DNA of 64,000 bases from Pseudomonadota bacterium (lineage in GTDB: Archaea; Thermoplasmatota; SW-10-69-26; JACQPN01; JAJPHT01): assembly GCA_021325135.1 (NCBI GenBank), contig JAJPHT010000029.1, positions 128,001 through 192,000 on the forward strand, read 5' to 3'. The position numbers were made by a program, and so were the translations under genes. The first letter of the stretch is position 1. Every line of letters starts with the position of its first letter. Below the pieces are notes generated by a model. The model saw nothing but the letters and a program-made list of their open reading frames with translations, was not told the origin of the DNA and did no database searches. Of this stretch, positions 1 to 10,310 are shown piece by piece.

Positions 1-675
1 GAGCAGCACGATGAACGACACGAAGTCGTAGCCGTGCACTAGCCGATCCGCCGCGCTGGTGAGGGTGGGGATGCGCTGCGCGACGAGGACCACGTACACG
101 ACGAACGCCGCGGAGACCGCATCGCGCGCGCCGAAGGCCACGGCGAAGGCGCGCGCCCGGCCGCGGGAGATGCCGGTGGGCGCGCGCAGGTAGGCGTCGA
201 GGCTCGCCACGAGGCCGTACAGGTTGACCGCGTAGACCACGGCCTCCAGCAGGAAGAAGCCGAAGGTGGGCGCGACGTTCACGCCGTCGGAGGCGAGGAA
301 GGGGTCGGGGCGCGCCGCGACGAAGAGGGCCGCCGCGCCGCCCAGCCCCAGGAGCGCGGCCTGCGAGGGGCGCGGGCGCAGGGGGCGCGCGAGGGGCGTG
401 TCCAGGCCGCCCAGGAAGGCGAGGTACGCGAAGGGGAGGAACGCCAGCGCGGCGAGGCCCACGCGCAGGAGCGGCATGGCGTCGCGGCCGTCGACGACGA
501 AGGCGAGCGCCCCGTTGAAGACGCCGATGTGGAGCCCCTCCGCCGCGAGCACCAGCGCGAGGCGCTTGTTGGAGGCGTTGCCGTGGGCGACCGCCAGGAG
601 GAAGGCCGCCATGCCCAGCGCCGCGGCCGCCGCGATGAGGCCCACGACCCCCAGGCCGTCCCAGTGCAGCTCCAC
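1..675 (-). CDS. Multi-pass membrane protein, possible 7TM sensor-type N-terminus; runs off window edge
   Basis: Own translation from GTG at 675: VELHWDGLGVVGLIAAAAALGMAAFLLAVAHGNASNKRLALVLAAEG...; several hydrophobic helices, GC-rich third positions, no stop before position 1. Confidence 0.7.
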   Translation of the reverse strand, partial: MELHWDGLGVVGLIAAAAALGMAAFLLAVAHGNASNKRLALVLAAEGLHIGVFNGALAFVVDGRDAMPLLRVGLAALAFLPFAYLAFLGGLDTPLARPLRPRPSQAALLGLGGAAALFVAARPDPFLASDGVNVAPTFGFFLLEAVVYAVNLYGLVASLDAYLRAPTGISRGRARAFAVAFGARDAVSAAFVVYVVLVAQRIPTLTSAADRLVHGYDFVSFIVLL

Positions 676-717
676 GGCCGGGAGGAGGAATAGGGGGAGA
701 TAAACCCCTTTTTCCGC

Positions 718-824
718 GGGGCTCCGCCCCTTCCATCGCCGAATCTCCGAATCGCGGAATCTCCGGCGGGGATTCCGAGATTCGGAGATTCGGGTTTCAC
801 CGGGGGAAAGGGGGCGGAGCCCCC
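718..824. repeat. REP-like long palindrome with internal 8-mer periodicity
   Basis: GGGGCTCCGCCCC (718-730) pairs with GGGGCGGAGCCCC (811-823); inner arms CCGAATCTCCGAATCGCGGAATCTCC / GGGGATTCCGAGATTCGGAGATTCGG. Confidence 0.8.
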
Positions 825-842
825 AGCAAGAACCGGAAGAAC

Positions 843-3800
843 CTACCCCTCTTCGTCCTCGTCCGCCCCCGCCATCGCGCGCCTCCGGCGGGAGAGGATG
901 CGCAGCGCCACCTCGCGCTGGGCGGCCTCCTTGTCGCGCAGGCCGAAGGTGCCCCCCACGCGCCCCTCCAGCAGCTGGTCCATCATGGCGGTCTTCTCCT
1001 CCAGCACCTCGGCCACGTCCTCCTCCACGGTGTCCTCGGCGAGGAAGAAGTGGACCTCCACGTCGCGCGTCTGCGTCTTGCGGTGGATGCGGTCCATGGC
1101 CTGGCGGTGGAGGGCGGGGTTCCATTCGAGGTCGCAGAAGACGGCGCGGCGCGCGGCGGTGAGGGTGATGGCGACGCCCGCGGCGACGGTCTGCCCCACG
1201 AAGACGCGCACCTGGGGGTCCTTCTGGAAGCGCGCGACGACCTCGCCGCGGGCCTCGGCGCCGGTGCTGCCGGTGAGGGTGACGACGCCGTAGGGGGCAA
1301 GCTCCTCGGCGATGGCGCGGATGGGCTCGCGGTAGTGGCTGAAGACGACGACCTTCTCGTCCGCGCGCTCGTCGAGCATGCGGCGCAGCGCGGCGAGGAT
1401 CATGGGGAGCTTCCCCACGAGGGCGGCCTGCTTGAGGCGCTCCAGGTGGCCCGCCGTCTCGGCCATGCCGGAGGTGAGCGCCGTCTCCTCGCTCTCCTGC
1501 ATGTAGTCGCGGAAGCCGTCCTCCTCGGCGTCGTAGGCGCGGCGCGACTCGGGCGGAAGGGCCAGGCGCGTGACGTGCAGGTGCTTCTCGGGAAGGTCGG
1601 GCAACGCCTCGCGCTTCTCGCGCCGCAGCATGATGCCCTCCAGGTACTCGCGCAGGCGAGCGAGGACGGCCTGCTTCACGTCGGGCGTGCCGTGCTTCCA
1701 GGGGTGCTGGAAGCGGCGGTTGAACCACGCGGTGTCGCTCCACTCGTCGGGGTGCACGAAGGCCAGCTGCGTGCGGATCTCCTTGGGCTCGTTCATGACG
1801 GGCGTGCCCGACAGGATCAGGCGGCGCGGGACCTTGCGCAGCTTCTCCTCCACGAGGCGCGTGCGCTGCGCGCCGCGCGACTTCACGTAGTGGCTCTCGT
1901 CGAGGATCACCAATTCGAAGGGGAGCTTCGAGAGCGCGTCGCCGAACTTGGCGAGGCCGCTGTACGCGACGACGACGTACTTCTCGGGGCCTTCGGCGCG
2001 CGCGGCGTCGTCGCCGGGCGCCAGCACCACGCACTCCTCCGTCGTCCACGCGTGGACCTCCTGCCGCCACACGGCGCGGGCGCTGGCGGGGCACACCACC
2101 AGCACGCGCCCCGGGAGGAACTGCGCGGAGGCGATGGCGGTGAGCGTCTTGCCCAGGCCCATCTCGTCGGCCAGGAGGCACGCGTACTGGCGCTCCAGGA
2201 TGAACTGGAGCGCGACGCGCTGGTGCGGGTCGAGGCGCGTGGACTTGCGCAGGCCGGGCACGTCCCCCTCGAAGGGGCGCGGCGTCCAGCGCGGGCGCAG
2301 CCTGGGGCGCGCGCCCGTGGCGTCCTCGGGCATCTCGCGCTCCCACCGGGCGTAGCGCTGGCCGCGGGGCGCGAGGCGGCGCTGGAGCACCTTGGCGCCA
2401 AGCTCGCGCAGCGCCTCCACCAATTCGCCCATCTTGGTGCTGGGCACGAGGTAGTGGGCGCGCTCGACGTCCACCTCCAATCCTTCCGGGACGACGCGGC
2501 GGACGACGGCCTCGATCTCGGGCGAGACGACGGGCTTGCGCGCCTCGTCCTCCGAGACGCCGCGGCGGAACTCGGTGAGGCGCGGCGGCAGCGAGGCCTG
2601 GTCCACGAGCACGACGCCGCGGCCCAGCGGGATGGGGTTGAGCCCCGCCGCGGTGGTGACGGACGCGCCGCGCGCCGCGGCCTCCAGGAGGAACTCGCCC
2701 GCGCCGCCCGGCACGCTCCACACGCCCGGGAGGGCGCCGTGCGCCAGCGGGCGGGCGTCGGGGTGATGGCGCTTGAGGGCGTCCTCCATGCCGCGGACGA
2801 TGGCGGCGATGCGCTGGCTCTCGGCGCCGGGGTCGACGCCCCCCATGCGCCCCAGGGGGATGGGCCCCTTGAGGTGGAGCAGCGTGCCGCCCCCGTCCTT
2901 GCGGGGGCGCTCGTTGTAGCGCACGCTGGCCAGGCGCCACTCGCCGGTGGCGGGCTTGGGCCAGCGCGCGTCGAAGCCCCCCTCCCGCAGGAGCGCCACG
3001 AGGCGGCCGGCGTCCGCGGCGTCGGCCTCGGCGCGGCCCCCCTCCGCAAGCCAGCCCATGCGATAGAGCTCGATGCGGAGGCTCCGCGGCAGGACCGCCT
3101 GCTCGGGCGATAGCAGAAGCCGCACGCGGCGCCTTCTCGCGTCGTGCTGAAGCTGCCCTTCCCGGGCCAGGGGCAGGCGCGGGTCGTCGGCGAAGAGGGG
3201 CGCGGCGGCGGGGGCCGCGGACTCGGGGAGAGGGGGCCATCCGCCGGGCCCGGGGACGAGATGCACGCCCGCGCCCGCCAGCGCGGCGGCCAGGGCGGGA
3301 AGGTTCGCGGTGGGCCCCACGAGGCGCCAGGGCTCGTCGGCGTTTTGATATCCCTGCTCGGCGAAGGCCTTGGCCACCGCGACCCCGGGGAGACGCCCTT
3401 CGAGGCGGACCGCGGCCTCGCCTTCGCCCGCGGCCTCGACGTGCGCGACGAGGGGCATGGGGTCCTCGACGCGCAGGGCGTGGATGCCGGCGGCGAGAAG
3501 CTCGCGCTCGGCGCTGCGGAGGCTTTCGCTGTGGAAGCGGAGCCCCTTGTCCTGGCCCGCGGCGTGGCGCTGGAGGATGGCCAGCTGCAGCGGCGGGAGC
3601 CCCTCGCGCGGCGTCCACCACTCGAAGCGCCGCCGGCTGAACACCACGGGCATGAGCGGCACCCGCGCCTTGGGCGGCGGCGCCAGGGGCTCGAAGCTGG
3701 GCGGCGTGCCCTCGGCCAGGACGACGGCCGTGCCCTGCTGCGCGATCTCCTCCGCCGCGAGGTGCAGCGCGGCCAGCGGGCCCTCGAACTCGTGGACGAG

Positions 3801-4499
3801 GCTCTTGGGGCGCTTGAGGGGGCGGAAGCCGTGCGCGTCGAGGATCGTGCGCACCGCGAGGCCCGGCGTCTCGTGGGCCACGAGGCGGACGACGCTCTCG
3901 CCGCGGCGCACGCTGGCGCGCAGGCGCACGAAGGGGCGGCGGCTGAACGTCACGAGCGCGCTGCCCAAGGCCTCCAGCGTGCCCGCCAGGGCCGAGGCCT
4001 CCGCGCGGGGGATGGTGTACGCGCTGGCGGACTTGCGCGCGACGCCCGCCACGCTCTCCACCGCGCCGCGCTGCGCCTCGCTCAGGGCGTCGGCGGGCAC
4101 CTCGTAGTCCGTCGCCGTCTCTGGGAACGCCGGCACGGGCGTGGGCGGGTCGCCGGGCCCGAAGGCGGGGCGCGCCGCCTCGCGCACCTGGGGCGGCGCG
4201 TTGGCGGGGTCCAGCCGGCAGGCGGCCGCCAGGAGCGCGGCCGCGTGGGCACACAGGCCGGGCTGGCCGCACGAGCAGGACGAGGCGCCCTCGGCAAGGT
4301 CCACCGAGGCGTCGAACGCCCCGACGCGCCCCGCCGGGCGGGGGCTCCTCGCCTCGTGCAGGTCCACGTCGCCCAGCCGCAGGTGGTCCTGCGCCCGCCG
4401 CAGGGCGGCCGGGGAGGCGGCCCGCGCCAGGCGTTCCCAAGTCCACGTCTCGCTCGTTCCGTCGGAGGACAATTCCGGGAACGATGCGGGGCCCGCCAC
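843..4499 (-). CDS. SWIM zinc-finger + SNF2-family (SF2) helicase/translocase
   Basis: N-terminal CSCGQPGLCAH (SWIM); LLADEMGLGKT (motif I), ILDESH (II), LSGTP (III), QAMDRIHR (VI); start approximate. Confidence 0.88.
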   Translation of the reverse strand: MAGPASFPELSSDGTSETWTWERLARAASPAALRRAQDHLRLGDVDLHEARSPRPAGRVGAFDASVDLAEGASSCSCGQPGLCAHAAALLAAACRLDPANAPPQVREAARPAFGPGDPPTPVPAFPETATDYEVPADALSEAQRGAVESVAGVARKSASAYTIPRAEASALAGTLEALGSALVTFSRRPFVRLRASVRRGESVVRLVAHETPGLAVRTILDAHGFRPLKRPKSLVHEFEGPLAALHLAAEEIAQQGTAVVLAEGTPPSFEPLAPPPKARVPLMPVVFSRRRFEWWTPREGLPPLQLAILQRHAAGQDKGLRFHSESLRSAERELLAAGIHALRVEDPMPLVAHVEAAGEGEAAVRLEGRLPGVAVAKAFAEQGYQNADEPWRLVGPTANLPALAAALAGAGVHLVPGPGGWPPLPESAAPAAAPLFADDPRLPLAREGQLQHDARRRRVRLLLSPEQAVLPRSLRIELYRMGWLAEGGRAEADAADAGRLVALLREGGFDARWPKPATGEWRLASVRYNERPRKDGGGTLLHLKGPIPLGRMGGVDPGAESQRIAAIVRGMEDALKRHHPDARPLAHGALPGVWSVPGGAGEFLLEAAARGASVTTAAGLNPIPLGRGVVLVDQASLPPRLTEFRRGVSEDEARKPVVSPEIEAVVRRVVPEGLEVDVERAHYLVPSTKMGELVEALRELGAKVLQRRLAPRGQRYARWEREMPEDATGARPRLRPRWTPRPFEGDVPGLRKSTRLDPHQRVALQFILERQYACLLADEMGLGKTLTAIASAQFLPGRVLVVCPASARAVWRQEVHAWTTEECVVLAPGDDAARAEGPEKYVVVAYSGLAKFGDALSKLPFELVILDESHYVKSRGAQRTRLVEEKLRKVPRRLILSGTPVMNEPKEIRTQLAFVHPDEWSDTAWFNRRFQHPWKHGTPDVKQAVLARLREYLEGIMLRREKREALPDLPEKHLHVTRLALPPESRRAYDAEEDGFRDYMQESEETALTSGMAETAGHLERLKQAALVGKLPMILAALRRMLDERADEKVVVFSHYREPIRAIAEELAPYGVVTLTGSTGAEARGEVVARFQKDPQVRVFVGQTVAAGVAITLTAARRAVFCDLEWNPALHRQAMDRIHRKTQTRDVEVHFFLAEDTVEEDVAEVLEEKTAMMDQLLEGRVGGTFGLRDKEAAQREVALRILSRRRRAMAGADEDEEG

Positions 4500-4521
4500 T
4501 TGAAGGTCGTTCTTTTGGGCC

Positions 4522-4550
4522 GGGGGGTTCGGGGGGCGACCCCCTGACGT
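4522..4550. repeat. REP-like hairpin
   Basis: GGGGGGTTCGGGGGGCGACCCCCTGACGT closely resembles the copy at 45145-45175. Confidence 0.65.
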
Positions 4551-4669
4551 CTTGGTCGCCTGCTCTCAAAACGACCCCGTTTGCGCGCGCGATCGGCAAG
4601 CGATCCGCAGGCTCTTCTCCGACGAACGGGCCACAACCCGCAAGGGCCGGGGCGCGCCCCCAGGCAGGC

Positions 4670-4792
4670 ATGCCGTCCAGGCGAGAGCCCACCCAGAAGG
4701 ACCTGCGCGAGGAGGAGAAGGAGATCGGGGCCAACATCCCGCAGGGGATGAAGGGCGAGGACGACGCGGACTCGGCGCGGGACGAGGAGTAG
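4670..4792 (+). CDS. Small acidic hypothetical protein (40 aa)
   Basis: MPSRREPTQKDLREEEKEIGANIPQGMKGEDDADSARDEE; typical codon bias. Confidence 0.55.
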   Translation: MPSRREPTQKDLREEEKEIGANIPQGMKGEDDADSARDEE

Positions 4793-4828
4793 GCAAGCGT
4801 TGAAGGCGCGCCCCGCGCCTGCCCGACC

Positions 4829-5638
4829 GTGTCGCGTTACCTCCTGGGGTGCGCCGGGTGGGGGTACGACGACTGGCGGGGCGGCTTCTACCCCGCCGGC
4901 GCGCCCCCGGCCGAGTACCTGGAGCGCTACGCGCGGGTGTTCCGCTTCGCCGAGGTGGACTCCTCCCACTACGCCGTGCCGCGGCGCGAGCAGGTGGCGC
5001 GCTGGGCCCTGGCGACGCCGCCGGGGTTCACCTTCGCGCCCAAGTTCCCCGGCGACGTGACGCACCGCGCGCGGCTGCGCGACGCGGAGGACCCCACGGA
5101 CGAGTTCCTGGCGGCGCTGGCCCCGCTGCGCACGTCGGGGAAGCTGGGCCCCGTCGTCCTCCAGTTCCCGCCCGCGTTCACGCGCGGCAACGACGGGGCC
5201 GCGCTCCATGCGTACCTCGACGGCCTGCCGCGCGACCTCGCGCTGGCGGTGGAGCTTCGCCACCCCTCGTGGTGGGTCCCCGCCACGTACCGCGCGCTGG
5301 AGGCCCGCGGCGCGGCCCTGGTGTGGAGCGTCACCGAGCACGGGCGCTCGCCGCCGGTCGTCACGGCGCCCTTCGTGTACGCGCGCCTGGTGGGCGACCG
5401 CGCGCTCTCGCGGTTCGACCGCGTCCAGCGCGACGCCTCCCCGGAGATCCGCTACTGGGCGCGGCGCTTCGAGGACGAGGGGCGCAGCGCGGAGCGCGTC
5501 TTCGCCGTGCTCAACAACCACCTCATGGGCTTCGCGCCGGCCAGCGCGCGGCTCCTGGCGGAGGCCCTGGGCGACGCGCCTCCGGACCTGGGAGCGGCCC
5601 TGCGCGGCCCCGGCCAGCGCAGCCTGGCTGGCTTGTAG
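4829..5638 (+). CDS. DUF72 (YecE-like) protein
   Basis: GCAGWGYDDWRGGFYP, EVDSSHY, LQFPP, VELRH, LNNH motifs. Confidence 0.9.
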   Translation: MSRYLLGCAGWGYDDWRGGFYPAGAPPAEYLERYARVFRFAEVDSSHYAVPRREQVARWALATPPGFTFAPKFPGDVTHRARLRDAEDPTDEFLAALAPLRTSGKLGPVVLQFPPAFTRGNDGAALHAYLDGLPRDLALAVELRHPSWWVPATYRALEARGAALVWSVTEHGRSPPVVTAPFVYARLVGDRALSRFDRVQRDASPEIRYWARRFEDEGRSAERVFAVLNNHLMGFAPASARLLAEALGDAPPDLGAALRGPGQRSLAGL

Positions 5639-5706
5639 GCGGCCGGCGGCGGACCTCGCGCCCGAGGCGCCACCTTGAAAGGCTCTCGGGGCCCCTGGCC
5701 GTGCAG

Positions 5707-6078
5707 ATGGCGCGCCCGCCCAAGGTGCTCATCGTGGACGATGAGGCCTCCATCCTCGCCTCCACGTCCGCGATGCTGGAGGCGTTGGGCTACGAGGTCG
5801 CGACGTGCGGCTTGGCGGAGGCGATCCTCGCCAGCGTGGCGCGCGAGGCGCCCGACGTGATCCTCCAGGACGTGCGCATGCCCGGCCTGGACATCGCGGC
5901 CGTGGTGGGCGAGATGCGCAGCGACCCGCGCTGGCGCCGGCTGCCCATCGTCGTCTTCACCGCCAGCATGGAGGCCGACGAGGTGGCCTCCCGCATCAGC
6001 GCCGTCTGCCTCCTGGAGAAGCCCTTCCGCCCCGAGGAGCTCGTCACGGCGCTGGACAAGGCGCTGGGCGCGGCGTAG
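5707..6078 (+). CDS. Stand-alone response regulator receiver (CheY-like)
   Basis: VLIVDDE...PDVILQDVRMPGLD...FTAS...EKPF. Confidence 0.9.
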   Translation: MARPPKVLIVDDEASILASTSAMLEALGYEVATCGLAEAILASVAREAPDVILQDVRMPGLDIAAVVGEMRSDPRWRRLPIVVFTASMEADEVASRISAVCLLEKPFRPEELVTALDKALGAA

Positions 6079-6228
6079 GAGAACGCGAGTGGCGCTCGGC
6101 AATCGAGATGCCAATCCACGGGCCGGTCGCAGAACCGGCGTCGGTTCAAGATGACGTCGTCATCGCGCCGCGGCTGCGACCGCGCGGCTCCGGTTTGGGG
6201 TTTTGCCCCGCCGGCGCGGGAAGAGGAC

Positions 6229-6960
6229 CTAGAGCGGCCCGACGGCGAGGCAGACGGGGCGCTGGGGCGGGGCCCACGGGGCGCAGCCGGGGTTCGAGGG
6301 GGTGCCCAGGGCGGAGACGGCGATGCACTCCGCGAGGCCGCCGTAGGGGGCGTAGTAGCCGTCCCGGTTCGCCTGGCAGTCGGGGCTGTCGTTGGTGGCG
6401 TTCCCAGTCCCGCTGATGGCGATGCACTGGACGCCGGGTGCTGGCGGATAGGCCCGGAAGAGGTGGCCTCCGCAGCCCGAGCCCTGGTTGGTGGCGTTGC
6501 CGGTGCCGCTCACGGCGATGCAGCCGAAGGTGTCGAAGGCCCCGCAGATGCCGGGGCCCTCGTTCGTGGCGTTGCCCGTCCCGCTCACGGCGATGCAATC
6601 CACCTCGAGCTGGATGCAGTGGCCGCCCTTGTTGGTGGCGTTCCCCGTGCCGCTCACGGCGGTGCAGGGGGGCGAGGGGACCTCGGCGAGGAAGGCGATG
6701 ACCACCGACGTCTGGTACCAGCAGTCCGTGTTCGTGGCGTTCCCGGTCCCCGAGACGGCGACGCCGTGCGGCGTGGTCGCGTTCCCGGTCCCGCTGAGGG
6801 CCAGGAAGCCCCAGTCCGTGGTGGCGTTGCCGGTGAGGCTCACCGCGACCATCTGGCCGTGGGCGTCCCCCGTGGTGGAGACCGCCACGGGGTCGGCGCC
6901 AGCGGTTCCGAGGGCGGAGGAGGAGAGGAGCAGGCCCAGGAGGGCGATCAGCCCGCGCAT
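6229..6960 (-). CDS. Secreted Cys-rich repeat protein, (CI)AVSGTGNATN repeats
   Basis: Signal peptide MRGLIALLGLLLSSSALG; about 9 repeats visible in protein and DNA. Confidence 0.75.
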   Translation of the reverse strand: MRGLIALLGLLLSSSALGTAGADPVAVSTTGDAHGQMVAVSLTGNATTDWGFLALSGTGNATTPHGVAVSGTGNATNTDCWYQTSVVIAFLAEVPSPPCTAVSGTGNATNKGGHCIQLEVDCIAVSGTGNATNEGPGICGAFDTFGCIAVSGTGNATNQGSGCGGHLFRAYPPAPGVQCIAISGTGNATNDSPDCQANRDGYYAPYGGLAECIAVSALGTPSNPGCAPWAPPQRPVCLAVGPL

Positions 6961-7156
6961 GATGGGGGCTCGCGAGGCGAGCGGGCGCCTTGGTCGTTGT
7001 CGGGAAGGCCTATGCGCATCGCCGGGCGCCACGAGGTCCTCCGGCGGGTTCAAGGGAAGGGCGCGGCTTGGCCCCAGCGCCGCGATGACGTGGGATCAAC
7101 CAACCGAGGTCAGCAGCCGGTGAAGGTCTACCGTTTTTCAGCTGAGCGGCTTCCGA

Positions 7157-8761
7157 TCAATCCTCGGGCGGGACGTACTCGATGACGTAGCGCGCGCGGC
7201 TGCGGCGCAGGGCGAGCCACACGCGCACGAGGACGAGGACGAGCAGGGCGAGGCCCGCCACGAGGAGGACGTAGGCGGCGGGGTTGGCGAGCACGAAGTC
7301 GTTGACCGCGCCCAGGACGCGGGCGGAGTGGAACTGCTCGCCGGCCTTCTCCACGTCGACGTTGGCCGCCGGGAGGGGCACCTGGAGCGCGATGCTCGCG
7401 CTGACGGGCGGCCCCTCCCGGAACGTCGCGCGGAACGTGACGACGTGGTTGCCCGGGGCCTGCTCCGCGTTGTCCAGCGTGGCGTGCCAGGACTCCGCGG
7501 GGGGGATGGCGACGGGCGCGCCGCCGTCCACCTGGTAGGTGAAGGTCACGGGCTCGCTCCAGCCGGGGCCCGTGGAGAGGATGCCCTGCACGGCGACGGG
7601 GCGCACCCACGGGTAGAGCGCGCCCGGCGAGGTCACGGTGAGGCTGGGCGGCCTGCCGAACGCGAAGGGGCTCACGTCCAGCGCGACGAGGCTCGTGCCG
7701 TTGGTGGTGTGGACGGCGAAGAACGCGGTGCGGTCCTGAAGGAAGGGAGTGCCCACCAGGGCCAGGTTGCCGCTCACGTGCGTGGCGGTGGAGGTGGTGA
7801 GGTTGCGCACGACGAGCTGGGAGTACGCGTCGTCGCGGCTCACCTGGAGCAGGTGGTCGCCCGAGACGGGGGTGGGCGCCGCGTCCTGGAGGTGGATCGT
7901 CGTCTCGGCCGCGCGGCCCGTCTGCGGGTCGTAGCGCGCCAGCGTCCAGGCCAGTTGGAGGTACTGGTCGAGGAAGTAGACGCCGTGCCCGTCGCTGAAG
8001 GGGGGCCCCTGGATCTCGGGGTCCGCGGTCACCTCGAAGGTGCCGTTGCCCTCCGGCGCGAGGTCGACGCCGCGCACGTCCCAGACGTTGAAGCGGAAGG
8101 AGCGGAAGAACACCTGGTCGCCCACCACGAGGGGGTCCTGGTCCTTGTCGGGGCTCTGGTAGACGGGGAACTCGGTGTCGTTGGAGAAGTCGTAGCCCCA
8201 GATGTCGGTGGTGCCGTTGCGGTCGTCCTCCCACGCCACCAGCGTGCCGTCGATGCTGGGGTTGCGGTGGTTGCCGGGGCCGCGGCTCACCTGGCGAAGC
8301 TGCCCCGTGGCGAGGTCGTAGCTCATGATCTGCGCCGTCTGGCGGGGGCGGTTCTCCTCCCACACGAGGGTCGTGCCGGAGATGGCGGGGTTGCGCTGGA
8401 TCGTGCTGGCGTTCCCCACGAAGTAGCCCGCGCCGGCGGGCACGTTGTACGCGAAGACGCGGCCGCTGGCGGCGTCCTCCCACGCGAGCCAGTCGCCGGA
8501 CCCCTTGATGGCGCGGGGGATCTGCGGGCCCAGCGGCGTCGCGGAGGACTGCCCGTAGAGCCACGCGCCCTGGAAGAACGACAGGTAGGGCACCGAGCCG
8601 GGGCCCGTGTAGCCCTGCGTGGGCGGCGCGAGGTCGGGCTGCGAGGGCGCGGGCGTCGGCGCGTTGGGGTGCCCGTCGGGGATGCCGCCGTGGGCCGCCA
8701 CGCTGGGCAGCACCAGGAGAAGCCCCACCAGGAGGCCCACCGCAAGCTCTCGGGACACCAC
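7157..8761 (-). CDS. Cell-surface beta-propeller (TolB-like repeat) protein with C-terminal membrane anchor
   Basis: Signal peptide; repeats QRNPAISGTTLVWE / HRNPSIDGTLVAWEDDRNGTTDIWGYD; C-terminal TM helix. Confidence 0.8.
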   Translation of the reverse strand: MVSRELAVGLLVGLLLVLPSVAAHGGIPDGHPNAPTPAPSQPDLAPPTQGYTGPGSVPYLSFFQGAWLYGQSSATPLGPQIPRAIKGSGDWLAWEDAASGRVFAYNVPAGAGYFVGNASTIQRNPAISGTTLVWEENRPRQTAQIMSYDLATGQLRQVSRGPGNHRNPSIDGTLVAWEDDRNGTTDIWGYDFSNDTEFPVYQSPDKDQDPLVVGDQVFFRSFRFNVWDVRGVDLAPEGNGTFEVTADPEIQGPPFSDGHGVYFLDQYLQLAWTLARYDPQTGRAAETTIHLQDAAPTPVSGDHLLQVSRDDAYSQLVVRNLTTSTATHVSGNLALVGTPFLQDRTAFFAVHTTNGTSLVALDVSPFAFGRPPSLTVTSPGALYPWVRPVAVQGILSTGPGWSEPVTFTYQVDGGAPVAIPPAESWHATLDNAEQAPGNHVVTFRATFREGPPVSASIALQVPLPAANVDVEKAGEQFHSARVLGAVNDFVLANPAAYVLLVAGLALLVLVLVRVWLALRRSRARYVIEYVPPED

Positions 8762-8842
8762 CGCGGCGGTCCCCCGATCCGGCTATAAGACTTGTTGTGC
8801 GGCTTTGGCGGGTCGGGGGAGGGGGGCCGCGCGGACTCAGGC

Positions 8843-9184
8843 TCAGTCGGCCCCGCACCAGAAGCTCGTGCCGGGGAGCAGGCCACTCGCGGTGCAGCTT
8901 CCCGAGGAGGCGACGGTCACCGTGTTCGCGCTCTGGGCGGAGCAGCCCGTGAGAATCGACGTGCAGGACGCGGAGGCGCCGCCGCAGGTCGCGGTGGCGG
9001 ATCCGAGGCCGTTGACGATGACGAAGACGTGCTGCCCGACCGAGCAGGAGAAGTTGCACGTCCCGCTGCCGTTGACCATGCAGCTTGAGGCCGCGTCGGC
9101 GGGAGACAAGGTCGCGACGACGCCGAGGGCAAGGATCAGGCCGATGACGGAGGCTCGAAGTTTCACCAGGGGGTTCACCCGCAC
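8843..9184 (-). CDS. Small secreted Cys/Ser/Gly-rich protein
   Basis: Signal peptide ending ADA; 8 Cys in mature part; start approximate. Confidence 0.6.
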   Translation of the reverse strand: MRVNPLVKLRASVIGLILALGVVATLSPADAASSCMVNGSGTCNFSCSVGQHVFVIVNGLGSATATCGGASASCTSILTGCSAQSANTVTVASSGSCTASGLLPGTSFWCGAD

Positions 9185-9317
9185 GAACAGTTGGTGATGC
9201 GTACTTATCCAGATCGGATCGAACCGGGTTGGCCTTTGTCCCTTCGGCGTCGCGCCTCAGCATGGACGCCGCTGGGTCCCCAACCCTTACGTTCCCCACC
9301 CAGGATGCCCGCGGCCG

Positions 9318-10310
9318 ATGAGCAAGACGGTGGCCGTGATCGGCGGGGACGGCATCGGCCCGGAGGTGGTGGACTCGGCCCTGGCGGCCCTGGACGCGCT
9401 GGACCTCGACCTGGGCTACCTGCACGCCAGCGCGGGGCTCGCGTGCCGGCAACGGCTGGGCGAGTACCTGCCGGAGGCCACGCTGGAGGCGGTGCGCGAG
9501 GCCGACGCCGTGCTCTTCGGGGCCATCACGAGCCCGCTGGACGACCGCAGCTACAAGAGCGTCGTCCTCGCGCTGCGGCAGGAGCTTGACGCCTACGCCA
9601 ACGTGCGCCCGGCCCGCGACCTGGGGCAGCCGTGCAAGGCGCCGGGGCTCGACCTCGTCCTCTTCCGCGAGAACACCGAGGGGCTCTACAACGCCCCCGA
9701 GGTGGAGGACGAGGAGGGCGTCACGACCATGAGGCGCATCACGCGGCGCGGCAGCGAGCGCGTCTCCCGCTTCGCCCTGGAGTGGTGCGTGCGACACGGG
9801 CGCAAGCGCCTCACCGTCGCCCACAAGGCCAACGTGCTGCGCCGGAGCGACGCCCTCTTCCGGCGCGTCTTCTTCGAGGAGGCCAAGGCCCACCCCTCGC
9901 TCAAGGCGGATGAGATCCTGCTGGACAACCTCGCGCTCCAGCTCGTGCTATCACCCTCGAAGCTTGACGCCATCGTGACCATGAACCTCTACGGGGACGT
10001 GATCAGCGACGAGATGGCGGGACTCGTGGGGGGCCTGGGCTTCGCGCCCTCGGGGAGCTACGGCCCGCGCGCCGCGCTCTTCGAGCCCGTCCACGGCAGC
10101 GCGCCCGACATCGCGGGCAAGGGCGTCGCGAACCCGTGCGGCGCCATCCTCAGCGCGGCGATGATGCTGGATTACCTGGGCCACGCGCCCGAGGCGCGCC
10201 GCGTGGAGGACGCCGTTCGCGCCGCGCTGCGCCAGGGCCGCACCCCCGACGCGGGCGGCACGCTGGGCACCGCCGGCTTCACGCGCCTCGTGGTGGAGAG
10301 CCTCGGATGA
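9318..10310 (+). CDS. Isocitrate/isopropylmalate dehydrogenase family (archaeal LeuB/AksF-like)
   Basis: [47 protein letters not shown]. Confidence 0.92.
   Translation: MSKTVAVIGGDGIGPEVVDSALAALDALDLDLGYLHASAGLACRQRLGEYLPEATLEAVREADAVLFGAITSPLDDRSYKSVVLALRQELDAYANVRPARDLGQPCKAPGLDLVLFRENTEGLYNAPEVEDEEGVTTMRRITRRGSERVSRFALEWCVRHGRKRLTVAHKANVLRRSDALFRRVFFEEAKAHPSLKADEILLDNLALQLVLSPSKLDAIVTMNLYGDVISDEMAGLVGGLGFAPSGSYGPRAALFEPVHGSAPDIAGKGVANPCGAILSAAMMLDYLGHAPEARRVEDAVRAALRQGRTPDAGGTLGTAGFTRLVVESLG

Noticed and set aside
5707-6078. Orphan response regulator without kinase
   Set aside because: Stand-alone receivers are common in archaea; partner likely elsewhere
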